Below the pieces are notes generated by a model, which saw only the letters and a program-made list of their open reading frames with translations, had not been told where the DNA came from and made no database searches. A stretch of 50,533 nt of DNA, filler included, from Bipalium vagum (lineage: Eukaryota): NCBI GenBank assembly GCA_037834085.1. It is 3 parts of 3 records of this genome, joined end to end, with 100 filler letters (N's around TTAATTAATTAA, not from the genome) between each part and the next. Parts side by side here need not be neighbours in the genome. Positions count along the whole stretch, not along the records: positions 18,051 to 34,438 come from JBBMKC010113757.1; positions 34,539 to 50,533 come from JBBMKC010133814.1; 1 more part is not named here. The stretch is one strand, 5' to 3'. Positions 26,501 to 38,804 of this stretch are shown in pieces; the first letter of the stretch is position 1; each line of letters begins with the position of its first letter. Position numbers and translations under genes: made by a program.

Positions 26501-29500
26501 TATGTCGACCTGACATAATTTAAATTTACACATTGTAAATTATATGTGAATAATAATCGCATGAATAATTTGTATGTGATAATAAATATCATACATATAA
26601 GTTTCAAGTTCGTAGTAGAAATAAAAATGGGTTTTTAATTTGATTTTTTCAAAAGATGAATTTTAAAGTATAAAGTGGATTTTAAAATCTAATATCAATA
26701 TTTCCTATAGAACCATAAGAAACACGAATGGTTTAGAATATAATGTATTTAAGCAAGAAATTTGGAAGATCTTATCTAAAGATGGGAACGGAAATAACAC
26801 AAATACATAGAAAATTTTTAATTTCTACAAAAGCCTTCGTTAAAAGATTAAAAATAAATAAATCCTGTTTTATATAAGTCCTAGCATATCATTGGGCATA
26901 TTATTTGCAATGGAACCGATCCTGTTTGTCCCATAAATATAATTTTTCAAATGTTTTTTTAATCCAGAGTTTCTATCTGAATGATTAAAGTGCTTACTCT
27001 GTAATTATGCTGTAGAGGCTTTTTGAAGAGCTGCTGTTCTCGAAACATTATCCTTCTATTTAATTTGCTATCCATTGATCTTGGTAACAGAGGTTACCTC
27101 GATTTGCTGTTCATATTAAATCTCATAATCAGTGATACTTATTATTATGTCCGTATTTAATCTTTAATACCCTTTGAATGATTTTAACTCAAATTTTTCT
27201 GTGGAGCTGACCAACATCAGAATCCAGTTATTATTATTTGGAAATTTCAATTTATGTTAATGGGTTCATCTCTTTTATATGGTTGGCAGTTTATAATAAA
27301 TTTCTACTATGATACAATAAATCAACGTTTTAATACTTTTACTTTTCTAATAAACATCTGGGATAACTTTTAATATTATATACAAAATGTAAAGTAAAAA
27401 TTAAACATTATAGAAATTGAGTATTAATAATATCGATAATAGGGTAAAATTATAATCTAGTACTGGACGATGTTTTCATTTTCATTTAGAGATTAACTGA
27501 TTTTTGTCAAATGTGTGCTTAAAGATTAACATCAAATAAAATAAGTTCGTTAAAACTGTGAATGTTTCAAGGACGTTGGAGTAGTTACTTTTAAAAATTG
27601 TTCTAAATTTCAAAAAATATGTTTCGCCTTATATTACTATAAAACTATTCGTAACAAGTAGCACGTAAATTTACTGAATTTGTCACTTCTGTCAATAACA
27701 TGTTTGCAAATAATTGAATCAAAAAATACAATAAAGCTTTACTCTTCTAACATAAATACAAAAAAATAATCACACAATATACAACTTTAAATGTCTAAAA
27801 TAGTCAGAATTAATAATACTGAAATCAAATCAATCAAATCAAATAATTAATAATATTCGAATAAGTATGTAATATAAGAGCATACATTGAAAAGCGCTTA
27901 TCAAACAACGATCTTAGTGCAATTATCAACAGCAATATAAAGGACGTACCACCAAGTTAAACCAGAAAATTCAACAAAATAATTAATAGAATTAATCTTA
28001 ATTTTAAGAAAATAACAAAAAGAAATATAGATATGACCATTTAAGTAGACGATGGATCCAAAGGTCGTTTGATGAGCCCGATCCGGTAAGCTTATAAAGA
28101 ATGGGTGCCATAGAAAAATTATTTGTCTATTATCGGTTTTTCTTCCTTTAAACTTGTTAGGATTTGTTTCTGTCTCTGTATACCATCTTATGACTCCTTT
28201 AATTTGTCTGAACCAAACTTTAATAACCTCTATTTCTTTTAGGTTAACCAGGGAACTTTTCTTGGGTAATACCAGGAGTTAATTCATATCTCTATTATTG
28301 ACTAAAAATTAATTTTTTTTCTTCGTGGGAAATGAAGGAAAAGTACTGAATTCCGGCGGGCTTCAATTCAGATTTGTGGCATTCCATCGTTGATTTGTTC
28401 AACTGAAACATAAAAACATTAAAATTACAATTAATAAATAAAATTTTTTTATCTTTTTTCATATTTTACTCATGGTTGCCTATAATAATAATAATAAAAT
28501 TATAAAAATGTAATAATAATAAAATATAACTTTATTATTAAATAATTTGTTAAAGTGTATGTAAATCAAATAAGTATAATAGTTAATAGTTGTACTTATA
28601 ATAGTTCATTTAATAATTTTAATTTATTTTATTTTAAAGTATTATTTATTATAACTAGGGCAAGTAAAAGTTAATAAAGTTAAAATGTGTCCTATAGGTT
28701 CTCTTGACCTACAAAGCACATGTATACCATTTTCGGTCCCTCTATCGTGATTTATAAGATTAAAACACGGGTAAAATTTATGGTTGTTAAAAATAAAATT
28801 TTTAGGCTAAAATTAAATTAATAATAATTAATTAAATAAATAATAATTAATTAAATAAAACGAATAATTAATTAAACTAAATTAATATGAGAAATAGGCA
28901 TTTTTAACATAATATTAATATACTTAGATGTGTCTGAAATGATAAAATAAAAAATAGTGCATAAGTTTAAATGCAACATATTCAATTTTAAAATAGGAGT
29001 GAGAAACACTAAAAAACAGAGGGAGACCTTGGTTCATTGTCTACCTAATATATTTAATTCCAAAATTTAATGACTGCGAGGAAAGTTAATTCAGTTGAGT
29101 AAAATTCAGAAAATTATGGCTGGTTTTGTGATAAAGAATTTTACTAAGTTAATTAGTTTTCCAGTAATTCGCTTAGTTTAGAAAATTTCAAAAATGTGCA
29201 AAAGATGGTCGATAAGGCGTTATTATGTGAAATTAGAAAAGAAAAAATCTTGAGACAAGGTTTGATTAAATGTATAGAGTAAGTGAAAATGGAAATTAAA
29301 TTGAGAAAATTTCAAAACGGACAATAATTAAAAGACATAATTAAATTAATCGATGAGATTGTAAAAAAATGTTACTTTTCAGGTAATTCATATTATGAGC
29401 TATCTTGAGATACAAAAATCCCTGATTAATGCGAATTATATTATTAGTGTCTTATATTTTTGTGCTTGAATTTCGATTGTCGCACTTCAAAGTCAATTAC

Positions 29501-30929
29501 CGACCACTAACAAAAAGTAAAAATTTAGAATGCAAATTGACAGTGCTGTTAGTAAAATTACATTTGCAAAAAAGACCTTGTTTATGAAGATTTTGATACA
29601 GGAAGTGACAATCGGTCAGTGAGTTCTCATTTAGAAAAACTTTGTGAAAATGACCTCAAAATTGATACTTAGAGAGTTTATGAAGAGTCGGATAAAGAAT
29701 GCCATACTGAAGCTTTCAAAAAGGAAATTACTTTATAATTTAACACAATATTTCAATTTTTAGACCCTTTAAAGCAATGCATTGACACAGACTTAGATTC
29801 AGATCGTAGTGCGCAAGTTTGCAGAATCTTAAATTCAGATTTATTACCAATTTACAAAATTATCGCAAATGGCGAAAGGAAAACAAAAAAAATTGATAAC
29901 TAAATGTTGAGACGCAACTGATGAACAACGGAAAATCCCTTCATTAGCCAGTACCAAATTTTCTTATAAAAACTATTTAAGGTGAAAGAAAAAATACTTA
30001 AATACTGAAAGAGACATTTATACAAATGATTTCATAGAAAAAATTTACATATATTATTAGTATTGACAACTCCAGGCTAAGTTTTCACGTTGTTATTATT
30101 TGCAGATCAATAAAGGGTGTTCGGTATCACGAATAAACCTCCTTATCGCATGTATTTCGTGTTTGCTGGACTGAAGATGGAAACCACATTATTCAGTAAT
30201 AGGATGAAAATTGCAGAAAAATTAGCGTCCTCGTCATACAGCAAGGAATGATTTTTCCTGAAATAAAAACAAGAGATCAAGAAATACATACAACAAAAAT
30301 GGTACAATTTTCTTTTAATTATAGAATTATAATAGCTCAAGGAAGAGGTATATCATCTTTAAGCGCACTAGGAATTTTTTCCATAAAATTTTGGAGTTGA
30401 CTATATTAACATCAGATTTTAAAAATATCTCAGTTACTCATTTTAAATAAACAAAAGTTGCTTACAAAATGTAGATTAATGATAAAGCAAATGTTAAAAG
30501 GAGAATTTTTATGCTTTTTAGCTAAAAAATTATTAAATTGAATTCAGCTGAAATCTAATTTTTATTGATAGTTACAAATGATTTTACAAGACTTTAATTA
30601 GACATTGTATTATATAATGATTAGTTACTTGTACAGTATTAGTTATATAATATTGTGTAGATATTAATTAGTTATATATATATATTAATTAGTATTTAAG
30701 AACATAATGATAAAGGATAGTAGGTCTAATGAGACCTTTTCATGCAAATGATATATACAAAGTTAAAGCATACATGTTTTTAATTGTCAATTATAGTTGA
30801 ATTTGGGAAAGCTGTTTTCATTCATCATCGGGCCTAGACACTCCGCTGTTCCAATTGGTTCATGTTTGGATTTTGTTGTGATTCTTTTTGAATTGTCAGC
30901 AGGCTTTGGATTGTTTTCATTGTTAGTTT

Positions 30930-31430
30930 AGCAAGAGTTTGATGATGTTCATCACTGATTTAACTGTGGATCCCAATACAAACAGATGATAATAATTAAA
31001 ATGTTCCTTCATATGCTTCTTCAGGTGGTTGAACAACCAGAAATCACTTGGTGCGAAATCTGGACTGTAAGGTGGGTGGTCCAGCTGCACAAATCCATCT
31101 TTTGCAAATGCTTCTTGGGATTTCTTTGATGTGTCATGAAGGAAGAAAGATTTTGGTTCCGAGGCTTGCGTTGGATAATTCGGGTTTCAAGTTAGAGATT
31201 AAGTACTAATCGGAATCTATGATTTCTTTGGTAAAATCTAGCTATAAGATGCCTTTTCTATCCCGAAAGACGGTGACCATTGCACATTTACGATTCGAAA
31301 TTCCCAGATGCAAAATTTTAAAGGCTTCTCATTTAGGAAAACCCATTTCTTTGACTCTCTGTTAGAGTAAGGAATGCAGAGACGTCTACATCTGGTCTGT
31401 AGTTATGATATACCATAAAATGGTCAAACA
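30930..31430 (-). mobile_element. Mariner remnant
   Basis: AMVTVFRDRKGIL*LDF and LDHPPYSPDFAPSDFWLF on the minus strand. Confidence 0.85.
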
Positions 31431-31697
31431 ACATCAAATAGAACTAGAAATAGTAAAATTTTACTGGTAAAATTGTAAATGAAACACCTAAGATATTTGA
31501 TATAAGGAAATAAAATTATTAAAAATTAAAAATAAACTAAGGAAAAATTAAAATAATATTTATATATAGATAAAATAGAGTAAATAACATAAAAGTGGTA
31601 AAAACAATAACTATTTTAAGAAAAGGTATAATAAAAATATCTAAATTAAGGAAAAAAACAAAAGAAACGCAGAACATATTTTTATACTTTTAAAAAT

Positions 31698-32428
31698 TGT
31701 ATAAGCCTCAAGAAAACAAGTCAAAAGTTTTAACAACTGGGCTCACCAACTCCCTCGAACAAAGTGTAAATAGAAAACTCACGAATAAACAAAGCGATTA
31801 ACAAAATAAGGTATATTTGTTATCACAAATGCGAGGTTAGAAATCTATTCAATCAATCAAACAATATTCAAAATTACAAATGATTATTTAATTAATAAAA
31901 TATCTTCTTGACTTTACGATAGTCGAAGAAGTCCTGATAAGAAAAATGAGTATTCTGTTGCCTTGATCGAAGCAGAATCGAATTAGCGAGAGAATAATAA
32001 AAAAGAATAAAGAAAATATTAAAAAGTTAGTGATGAGAAGAATTTCCTTCTATCACTAAATAAACTTTAATTAATTAATTCTTTAAGTTTAACTCGATCG
32101 GTTAAACACTTTTGGAATTGATACAAATTCCTACTTATAATTATTACCAGTGTCTTAAAAGTATCTTTAATTTGAATAGCTGTAAGCGTATTCTAAGATT
32201 TATTAAGGGCGTTTTGAATGTGAAAACCAGGAGTTTATAAACTCCGGTTTTCCACATTCTAGAACTTCTCATTGGCTCTATTTTAACTTACTAAATATAA
32301 ATTTATGTGTGGGCGGTTTCTATTTAAGTAAGTTTTTCTTAATAATAATAAAATTTGCGTATGTGGTTACTATTTTAAGTAAATTATTATACTAAAGAAC
32401 TTACTATATTTAGTAACCCTACTTCCAC
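31698..32428. mobile_element. Possible solo LTR
   Basis: TGTATAAG...CTTCCACA termini; palindromic TATA (ggagtttataaactcc, 32230-32245) with a nearby CCAAT; no TSD. Confidence 0.3.
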
Positions 32429-32659
32429 AACATTTATTTACAGTACTTTATTTTATTTCCATAATAATAATAATGCTTAATAAAGTGGGTTAATATTTTA
32501 ATTAATAACTAACTCCACGTTTTACATATTTAATTTAACTTTTATTTTATTTTAAAATGATTATTATTTATAACTTTATTAATTATTTAAATATTATTTT
32601 TTACAACATTAAATATAAATCACATTCCTTTATTCAAAAATATAAAAATAAAGATAGTA

Positions 32660-33440
32660 GGCCTTACGAAGCCTTTTCAAGCACATTAAAATCAATTCAA
32701 ATATAAAATGTAAATTCAAATTCAAAGGTAAAATCAAAATTTTCCAATATCAAATGTTTCTAATATCGATTACTAATTTCGGGAGCTGTCATCACTCTCC
32801 ATCGGCTATTGAGATTCGTCTGCGATCTCTGGAATCTTTTTCTTTTGATTTTGTGTTGGATCTGTCTGGTTTTTACCAGTTTTACTGTGGATCCAGACAG
32901 ATGGAAACAAGTGGAAGTCATATGGCACTGTCTAATGAGTACGCGGGTAAGGTAGAACCTCAAAGCCAGGTTTTTAAAAATTTTCTTTAACTGGTTTTGC
33001 AAGATGTGGTCTTGCATTATAGTGTTGTAAAACGATCTGATCATGTCTTAGGTCAAATTGTACTTCTCTGGTTGTCCTGAAAGTTCTTTGTCTTCAACGA
33101 TAAAGTCACTTGCGTTAAGTAGTCTATATCATTCTTGAAATGTTGGTTCGGACAGAGCATATTCACCTTAAGCTATTAATCTATGGACATCGACTGCTGA
33201 TTTCTTTAAATTGTAGCACAATAATAATAATTCTACCAATTCTGTTTTCCTGTTCCATTATTTTGCATTTTTGCTAAAATACATAGGCTATTTAATCATT
33301 TAAAACAAAAACTAACTATTGATATCCAATAGATATATTCCACATATTTTATAGAATATTAACAGATACAATAAACAAGGAGAATATGAGTGACTAATTT
33401 TTATGAAATCCAATTGAGGAAAAAGGCTAAGGTAGGCTCG
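32660..33440 (-). mobile_element. Internally deleted mariner
   Basis: Minus strand N-terminal DFIVEDKELSGQP joined almost directly to IVLQHYNARPHLAKP and ...FHLFPS; weak terminal inverted similarity (agccttttc / aaaaggct). Confidence 0.75.
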
Positions 33441-33799
33441 CTTAAGTGATAATTAGTTTTCATACTCACCAAGACCCAGGCGGCTCTCAAAACCTACTTT
33501 CTGAGGATAAAACAATGATGGAAATACACAATTACCAGCGATACATCACCCAACGCTTTGTGTAATAAAGGAAGTCATAAATCAACGATTACCTGACTTG
33601 TATATTAAGTTAAGGCTTTGATTTAATCAAAAAATTGAAAAAGTTGTCTAATTTATTAAGCAAATTTAAAACGTTAAAAGTCATTAAACTCCTATAAAGA
33701 TTGTAATTATTTGTATCACATGAACTTTATTTGAGTTAAAATTTTAAAAACAGAGATTCTAATCCGAGTACATTTTATCGTAAATCTTAAAATCATCAA

Positions 33800-33863
33800 T
33801 AAAGTAAGATGAAAATGTGTTTTAGTGTTAGTGAAAATTAATCGGAGATACCGGGATTCGAAC
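33800..33863 (-). repeat. 3' half of tRNA-Ala-like repeat/SINE (T-arm, acceptor 3' strand and shared tail)
   Basis: Minus: GTTCGAATCCCGGTATCTCCG ATTAATTTTCACTAACAC...ATCTTACT, homologous to 43751-43808. Confidence 0.72.
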
Positions 33864-34438
33864 GAACAAAATTGTATTTTCACAACAAATCTTTACAAAT
33901 AATTGAAAATAAATCAATTGCACATTTCTTTGAGCCTAGTATGGCATTTTTACAAAAGAAAATAAAAGAAAGAAAGTTTATCACATAATTCAGGTTTGTT
34001 AACATTAGATTAGTTCTTCGTCACAATCAGTCAGATTTTGTCCGTCATTATTGTCGTCTGTCTGAATTTGTGGTTCATCATTGGCAATATCGTCAAATTC
34101 AGTTTGCGTCATCTTCAGCTTTCCGACATTCCGATAAAAATTCCATTGCGTTGCGCTCCACTTAATATTCGAAGATACGCAGAATTTTCCGATCTCTGTT
34201 GATTTGCGTTTTGAGAACTGCAGATTTTTGAGAATTTCGTCGTTTCCCATGATCCGAGGCTATAACGGCAAATGTATCCAGCATGATTGTCTATTGCGGC
34301 AAAGCTTCTTTAGTTTTGTTGAGCAGATCTTCATAATGCCTGAGATTTTTCTCATGATTCAAAAACATGTTGTTTTCGGTGTCATAAGGGCATTTGACGT
34401 CTATGAGAAGAAGACGTTTTTGATTTGTGAATTCGATT
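33864..34438 (-). mobile_element. 3' end of an REL-endonuclease non-LTR retrotransposon (NeSL/R5/Utopia-like), truncated by gap
   Basis: Minus: RLLLIDVKCPYDTENNMFLNHEKNLRHYEDLL...TFAV / SLGSW / NDEILKNLQFS...FCVSSNIKWSATQW matches the post-PD restriction-enzyme-like domain (IIDV.CP.E...K..KY...GSLGSW...N). One stop, two frameshifts; ORF ends at 34005; about 140-nt 3' UTR. Confidence 0.8.
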
Positions 34439-34538
34439 NNNNNNNNNNNNNNNNNNNNNNNNNNNNNNNNNNNNNNNNNNNNTTAATTAATTAANNNNNN
34501 NNNNNNNNNNNNNNNNNNNNNNNNNNNNNNNNNNNNNN
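34439..34538. other. Scaffold gap: 44 N + TTAATTAATTAA + 44 N
   Basis: Same artificial linker as at 17951-18050. Confidence 0.97.
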
Positions 34539-34671
34539 GATGGGTTAGATTACAAACATGAATTATGTAAATGGGTTAGAAAAAAAACATGGGTTGAAAA
34601 AAAAACATGATCCGTCATTTCTTTTCAAGAATTTCATTCAAATCACTTATTTCATCAGATATTTTTAAGTA

Positions 34672-35098
34672 TAGTAGACTTCGCTGAATACGATATTGCC
34701 GGGACATCGAAATATCATCGTAATAACCAATATAACGTATTAAAAAAGTTTACTTAATAAAATTACACAATAATTATTGTGCAATATTAATTTTTAAGAA
34801 GAATATTGATTTTAAAATAATACTTAAACATAGATATCATTTAATTTGTTTTAAAGACGTCCAGTATGGATAACTGCTTATAGCATCTGTGGAAAGTTAA
34901 AAATTAAATATAACATATTGTATTAAGCGATAAGTGAAAAATTAAATAAGATTTAATTTCAAAGGTAATAAGCGGTTTATCGTATTAAGTGATGCTTTTA
35001 TATATCAAAAATATATATATTCAAAAAGAACCGGATTAATTATATCGTAATATCCAGAAAATCGAATTAAGCGATCTTGTATTAACCGACTTCCAATG
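34672..35098. mobile_element. Degenerate pogo/Tigger-type MITE
   Basis: Ends TA|tagtagacttcgctgaatac and (reverse complement) TA|cattggaagtcggttaatac; repeated cgtatta/attaagcg subterminal motifs. Confidence 0.5.
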
Positions 35099-35107
35099 TA
35101 TATGTAC

Positions 35108-36267
35108 TACTACTCAAAAGTTTAAAGTTAGTTTTCAGGTTAATTTAAGCCAACACAATTTTAATTTAAACTTCGTTTAAAAATTTAATTGCAAGTGCTA
35201 CATTTCAAATTTCAAAATGACATACAAAAAACAATTAGAAGATTCTGTTAGAAGCTTTTATTCGAAGATTTAATAGTGGGAAAGGTCCAATGGTGATAGT
35301 CGTGATTTCTCTATAATAAATTTATTCAATTTATAATTTTTTATAGGTGGATGAATTCAGGCTATTAAAAATAGAGTAACGAGAGAAAAGAAGATAACAG
35401 TTGAAGCTTCTCAGTATCTGGCAGATTGCATAGTTGAAGGTTGTAGTGTAACATTGAAGACTTTACAATCCGAAATTAATGAAAAATATGGTATAAATGT
35501 CTCATGCATCACCATAAGCACGAGCCTGGCACAAATGCACTATTCAATCAATAAAGTAGTGTTGGCTCCTGTCGTATATACAGCGAAGAATTTAATTATC
35601 CGAGAATGCTATTTCACTGATTATCTGCTGTAAAATGAATCAAGTATGGTATTTGTCGATGAATTCGGCATTAGTTGTTCCACAAGAGTCAATCATGGAA
35701 GAAGCCTTGTGGGAACATCAGCCAGAAAAATTGTTCGTGCAAAAAGATCGAAAATGTATATTGATTTGTGCAAAAACAAAATCTGGATTGATCTCTTTTA
35801 TCATACATGATTAAGCGTACAATTCTGAAGACTTTAATGTTTTTTTAGTGGATATGTTCACTAAAATTAAAGATCTTGGATTAACATCTGGAATAATAAT
35901 TATGGATAATGCAGGTATTCACAAAACGGCTGAAAATAGAAAACCAATAGAAGATCATCATTTCCAGCTGAATTTTCTACCGCTTTATTCACCACAACTG
36001 AATCCTATTGAAGAGGTTTTCGCAAATGGTAATACACTTTACATCAAAACAGGACATGCCAGTACTATTGAAGAGTTAAATCAATGTATCAACTTTGCTA
36101 GTACATCTATTTCCGCCAATGATTGTGAAGGAATTCTAGCACATGTTCGATTATTTGTGCTAAAAGGAATAAGAGGAGAAGATTTTTTATTACGTTTATG
36201 ATTTAGGCAATTAAGTTTCTTCTATTTTACATAAAATAATAATAGTTTTTATAATTTTTTTAGTAGT
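35108..36267 (+). mobile_element. IS630-like (DDE_3) DD34E transposon, degenerate near-full-length copy
   Basis: Winged-HTH-like VTLKTLQSEINEKYGINVSCITI; VFVDEFG...GRSLVG; IIMDNAGIHK...FLPLYSPQLNPIE with 34 residues between D and E; imperfect termini tactactcaaaag / (rc) cactactaaaaaa. Confidence 0.85.
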
Positions 36268-36282
36268 GTTTTACATATAATA

Positions 36283-36458
36283 CAGTGAAACCTGCTTAAA
36301 TTGAACACCATAGTGTCCTTGCTGAAAAGTTCAAATTAGAGAAGTGTTCACATAATCAAGGTGTTCAAGTTTAACTTATATTTACAGTGTACGGAATTAA
36401 ATGTTCAAATAAAAGAGGTGTTCAGCTAACAAAGGTGTTCATTTATGCAGTTTCACTG
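36283..36458. mobile_element. Pogo/Tigger-type MITE, 176 bp, TA target duplication
   Basis: TA|CAGTGAAACCTGC...GCAGTTTCACTG|TA; five internal TGTTCA plus one inverted TGAACA. Confidence 0.88.
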
Positions 36459-37229
36459 TAATTATATATTAATAAATATCAGATTATAATAACGTAAAGT
36501 TTAAATTAAATTGTACACAGATAATAAATTGATTGTAAACCATTTATCATAAACAGTGCTCCATTTATGTTATAATTAAACAATTTTGATCTTCCAGCAT
36601 ATCTTCCAAAATGGTTATTCATTAAAATCTTGAAGAGGGAAAATATTCAGTAAATGTACTCGATCAGAAGATCTACGAGTCGAAGATCAACACAAGGTTT
36701 ATAGGAGTTCTGAATCGTTGAGAAACACTCAACGATTGTTAGTTTTGATGAATGATAACCTTGTCCATCGGTTAGCATAACAAATCGGAATAAATTTCAA
36801 AATGGGAAGGATTAGACAAAAACTATTAAGTCAGTCGGGTCAGAAATATATTCCCATCCGACGTCGGATCGGCAACTGTTCTGTCTTGCTATAACTGTCT
36901 CCGATGGGCGACAGTGGTTCATGTAAATGAATAATAAGAATAAGAATAATAAAATGATTAATAATAATTATTATCATTATTCTATTCAATGTGTACTTTG
37001 ATACAATTTGATAAAGAAATCCAACTGTTATAAAAATTTTTAATAATTATTCGCATTAATACTTTAAATATGTAAAATTTTTTTCTTTTTGTTTCATTTC
37101 AAATTATTTCCTGTAATGAAAATTAATTTAAATCTATTAAATTATATTTTTTTTAATAATTATAAATTAAATAATAATAAATAAGCTTTTAAATTTAATT
37201 TGATATGTGTAATAAAATTGACGATATTT

Positions 37230-37650
37230 TATTGTTATTTTTTACCTAAAAATCATATTATTATTATTTTTTTTATTATTATTATTATTTTCTTATTTTT
37301 AGTGTGAATCATTTTTATTTTTTGTATTATTATTAATTATTAATTTATTACTAAAATTATTAATTTTTATTATATTTATTATTAATTTCTTTTATTATTA
37401 TTTTGCATTATTATTTTATTATTTTTATTATTATTACACTTTTTACTATTATTATTTTAGTATTTTTATTATGAATAATTTTTTTGTTTATTTTTATTAT
37501 TATTTATTATTACTTATTCATTTATTACTACTATTATTAATTTATTATTATATTTATTATGAATTTTTTTATTATTATTTCCATTATTATTTCATTATTT
37601 GTTATTCATTATTATTATTTTATTCGTTATTGATTTTTGTTATTTATACT
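37230..37650. repeat. Degenerate (TTA)n low-complexity tract
   Basis: About 420 bp of decayed TTA repeats; source of the spurious Y/L/F-rich ORF 37471-37695. Confidence 0.9.
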
Positions 37651-38278
37651 GTGAGCAAAGTACAAGGGAAAATAATAAGTCCTGGTATCTTTTGAAAGAA
37701 CCACTTTCCCATAATTATTCCGTTTTTTTATTTTCGAGAACTTTAATTATAAAGTCTAACAATTAAAATCGAAATCAAAAACTGAAAGCAACCCACGAAA
37801 TGCTGAGAATTATCTGGGAGACTTGGTAATTTTCCCAGATAATATTTTCAGACGTTTTTCTAAGATTTTAGAATCAGAGCACTTGTTCAAGTCTCACCAA
37901 ATGAAATCACTTAATTTTATGTATCTTTCAAAATTGCTTAGGAATAATAAAACGTGAAATGGATTCATCTTTCCTCTCCTTCGAAAATGAGACGAGCTGA
38001 CTTTCAAAATGAAATTTTGCAGAAATTATCATTGAAAATTTAATTATTTAAACAAAAAAATGTTCCAGTATGACCTTTCCTCTTTTGTCTTCTTACTTGT
38101 ATTTTTGTTTTGTTGAGACTTTAACGCAATATCTTTAAATTATAAAGTCTTCCGTTGACTTCATAAGATTATTAAATATTGTTTATATATTGATAAATAA
38201 GAAGAAAATAATAAAATAAGAAGAAATAAGATTGATTTGATAAGAAGAAAACTTATTTTTAAAAGAAAAAGGATGATA

Positions 38279-38804
38279 TTAGGTTATTCAGTCAGAAATG
38301 AGCGGTTTCAAGACTAGGTAGATTTGATTCATTTCTCCAATTGAATGTAAATGATTTATTATGACAAAGTTGTTGCAACTGAACCTCTCAGCAAGTTCTT
38401 ATATAGTTTTTAGAAGACCTGTATCAATGACGTCTTTGAAATTATCACCATTTACCGTTTATTGGTGTCGTTTATGCTGATCATCTCTCAGATCTACATT
38501 TTCAAGCTTAAACAGTTGAAACCATGTCCTGCATTGAATAATAGCAATATTGATCGGTATGATTATGCGGCAGTCTTTCCTTGTTTGAAATTATTCAATA
38601 TGAATATGGTTTTTTATTTTGGTCATCCATATTTCTAAGCTTATTTTCCAATTAAAATGAAAGAAAGGAAAGATAATACCAATAAAATATTCCAAATGAG
38701 ACAAATATACATAATAAAATTTTAAATGCCCGGTCTTTCTAGATGATTTAATCAATAATAAATGTATATTCATTTAAACACACATTTCTGACTTAACAAC
38801 CCAA
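38279..38804 (-). mobile_element. Internally deleted mariner with both TIRs and TA TSDs
   Basis: TA|ttaggttattcagtcagaaatg and (rc) TA|ttgggttgttaagtcagaaatg; retains only the N-terminal HTH remnant (IFILNNFKQGKTAA, WFQLFKLENVDLRDD). Confidence 0.85.

Noticed and set aside
28656-30790. Possible large decayed hAT-like element
   Set aside because: Coding-like composition but no convincing motif, TIR pair or TSD by eye.
33470-33500. 31-nt minus-strand micro-exon (tcctcag|...|GTGAGT)
   Set aside because: Splice signals look good, but I could link it to no partner exon, and it lies between two TE remnants.
34204-34494. + strand ORF running into the gap
   Set aside because: Antisense to the REL domain and extended artificially through Ns and the linker.
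37471-37695. 74-aa hydrophobic Y/L/F-rich ORF resembling a membrane peptide
   Set aside because: It is the translation of a degenerate (TTA)n tract.
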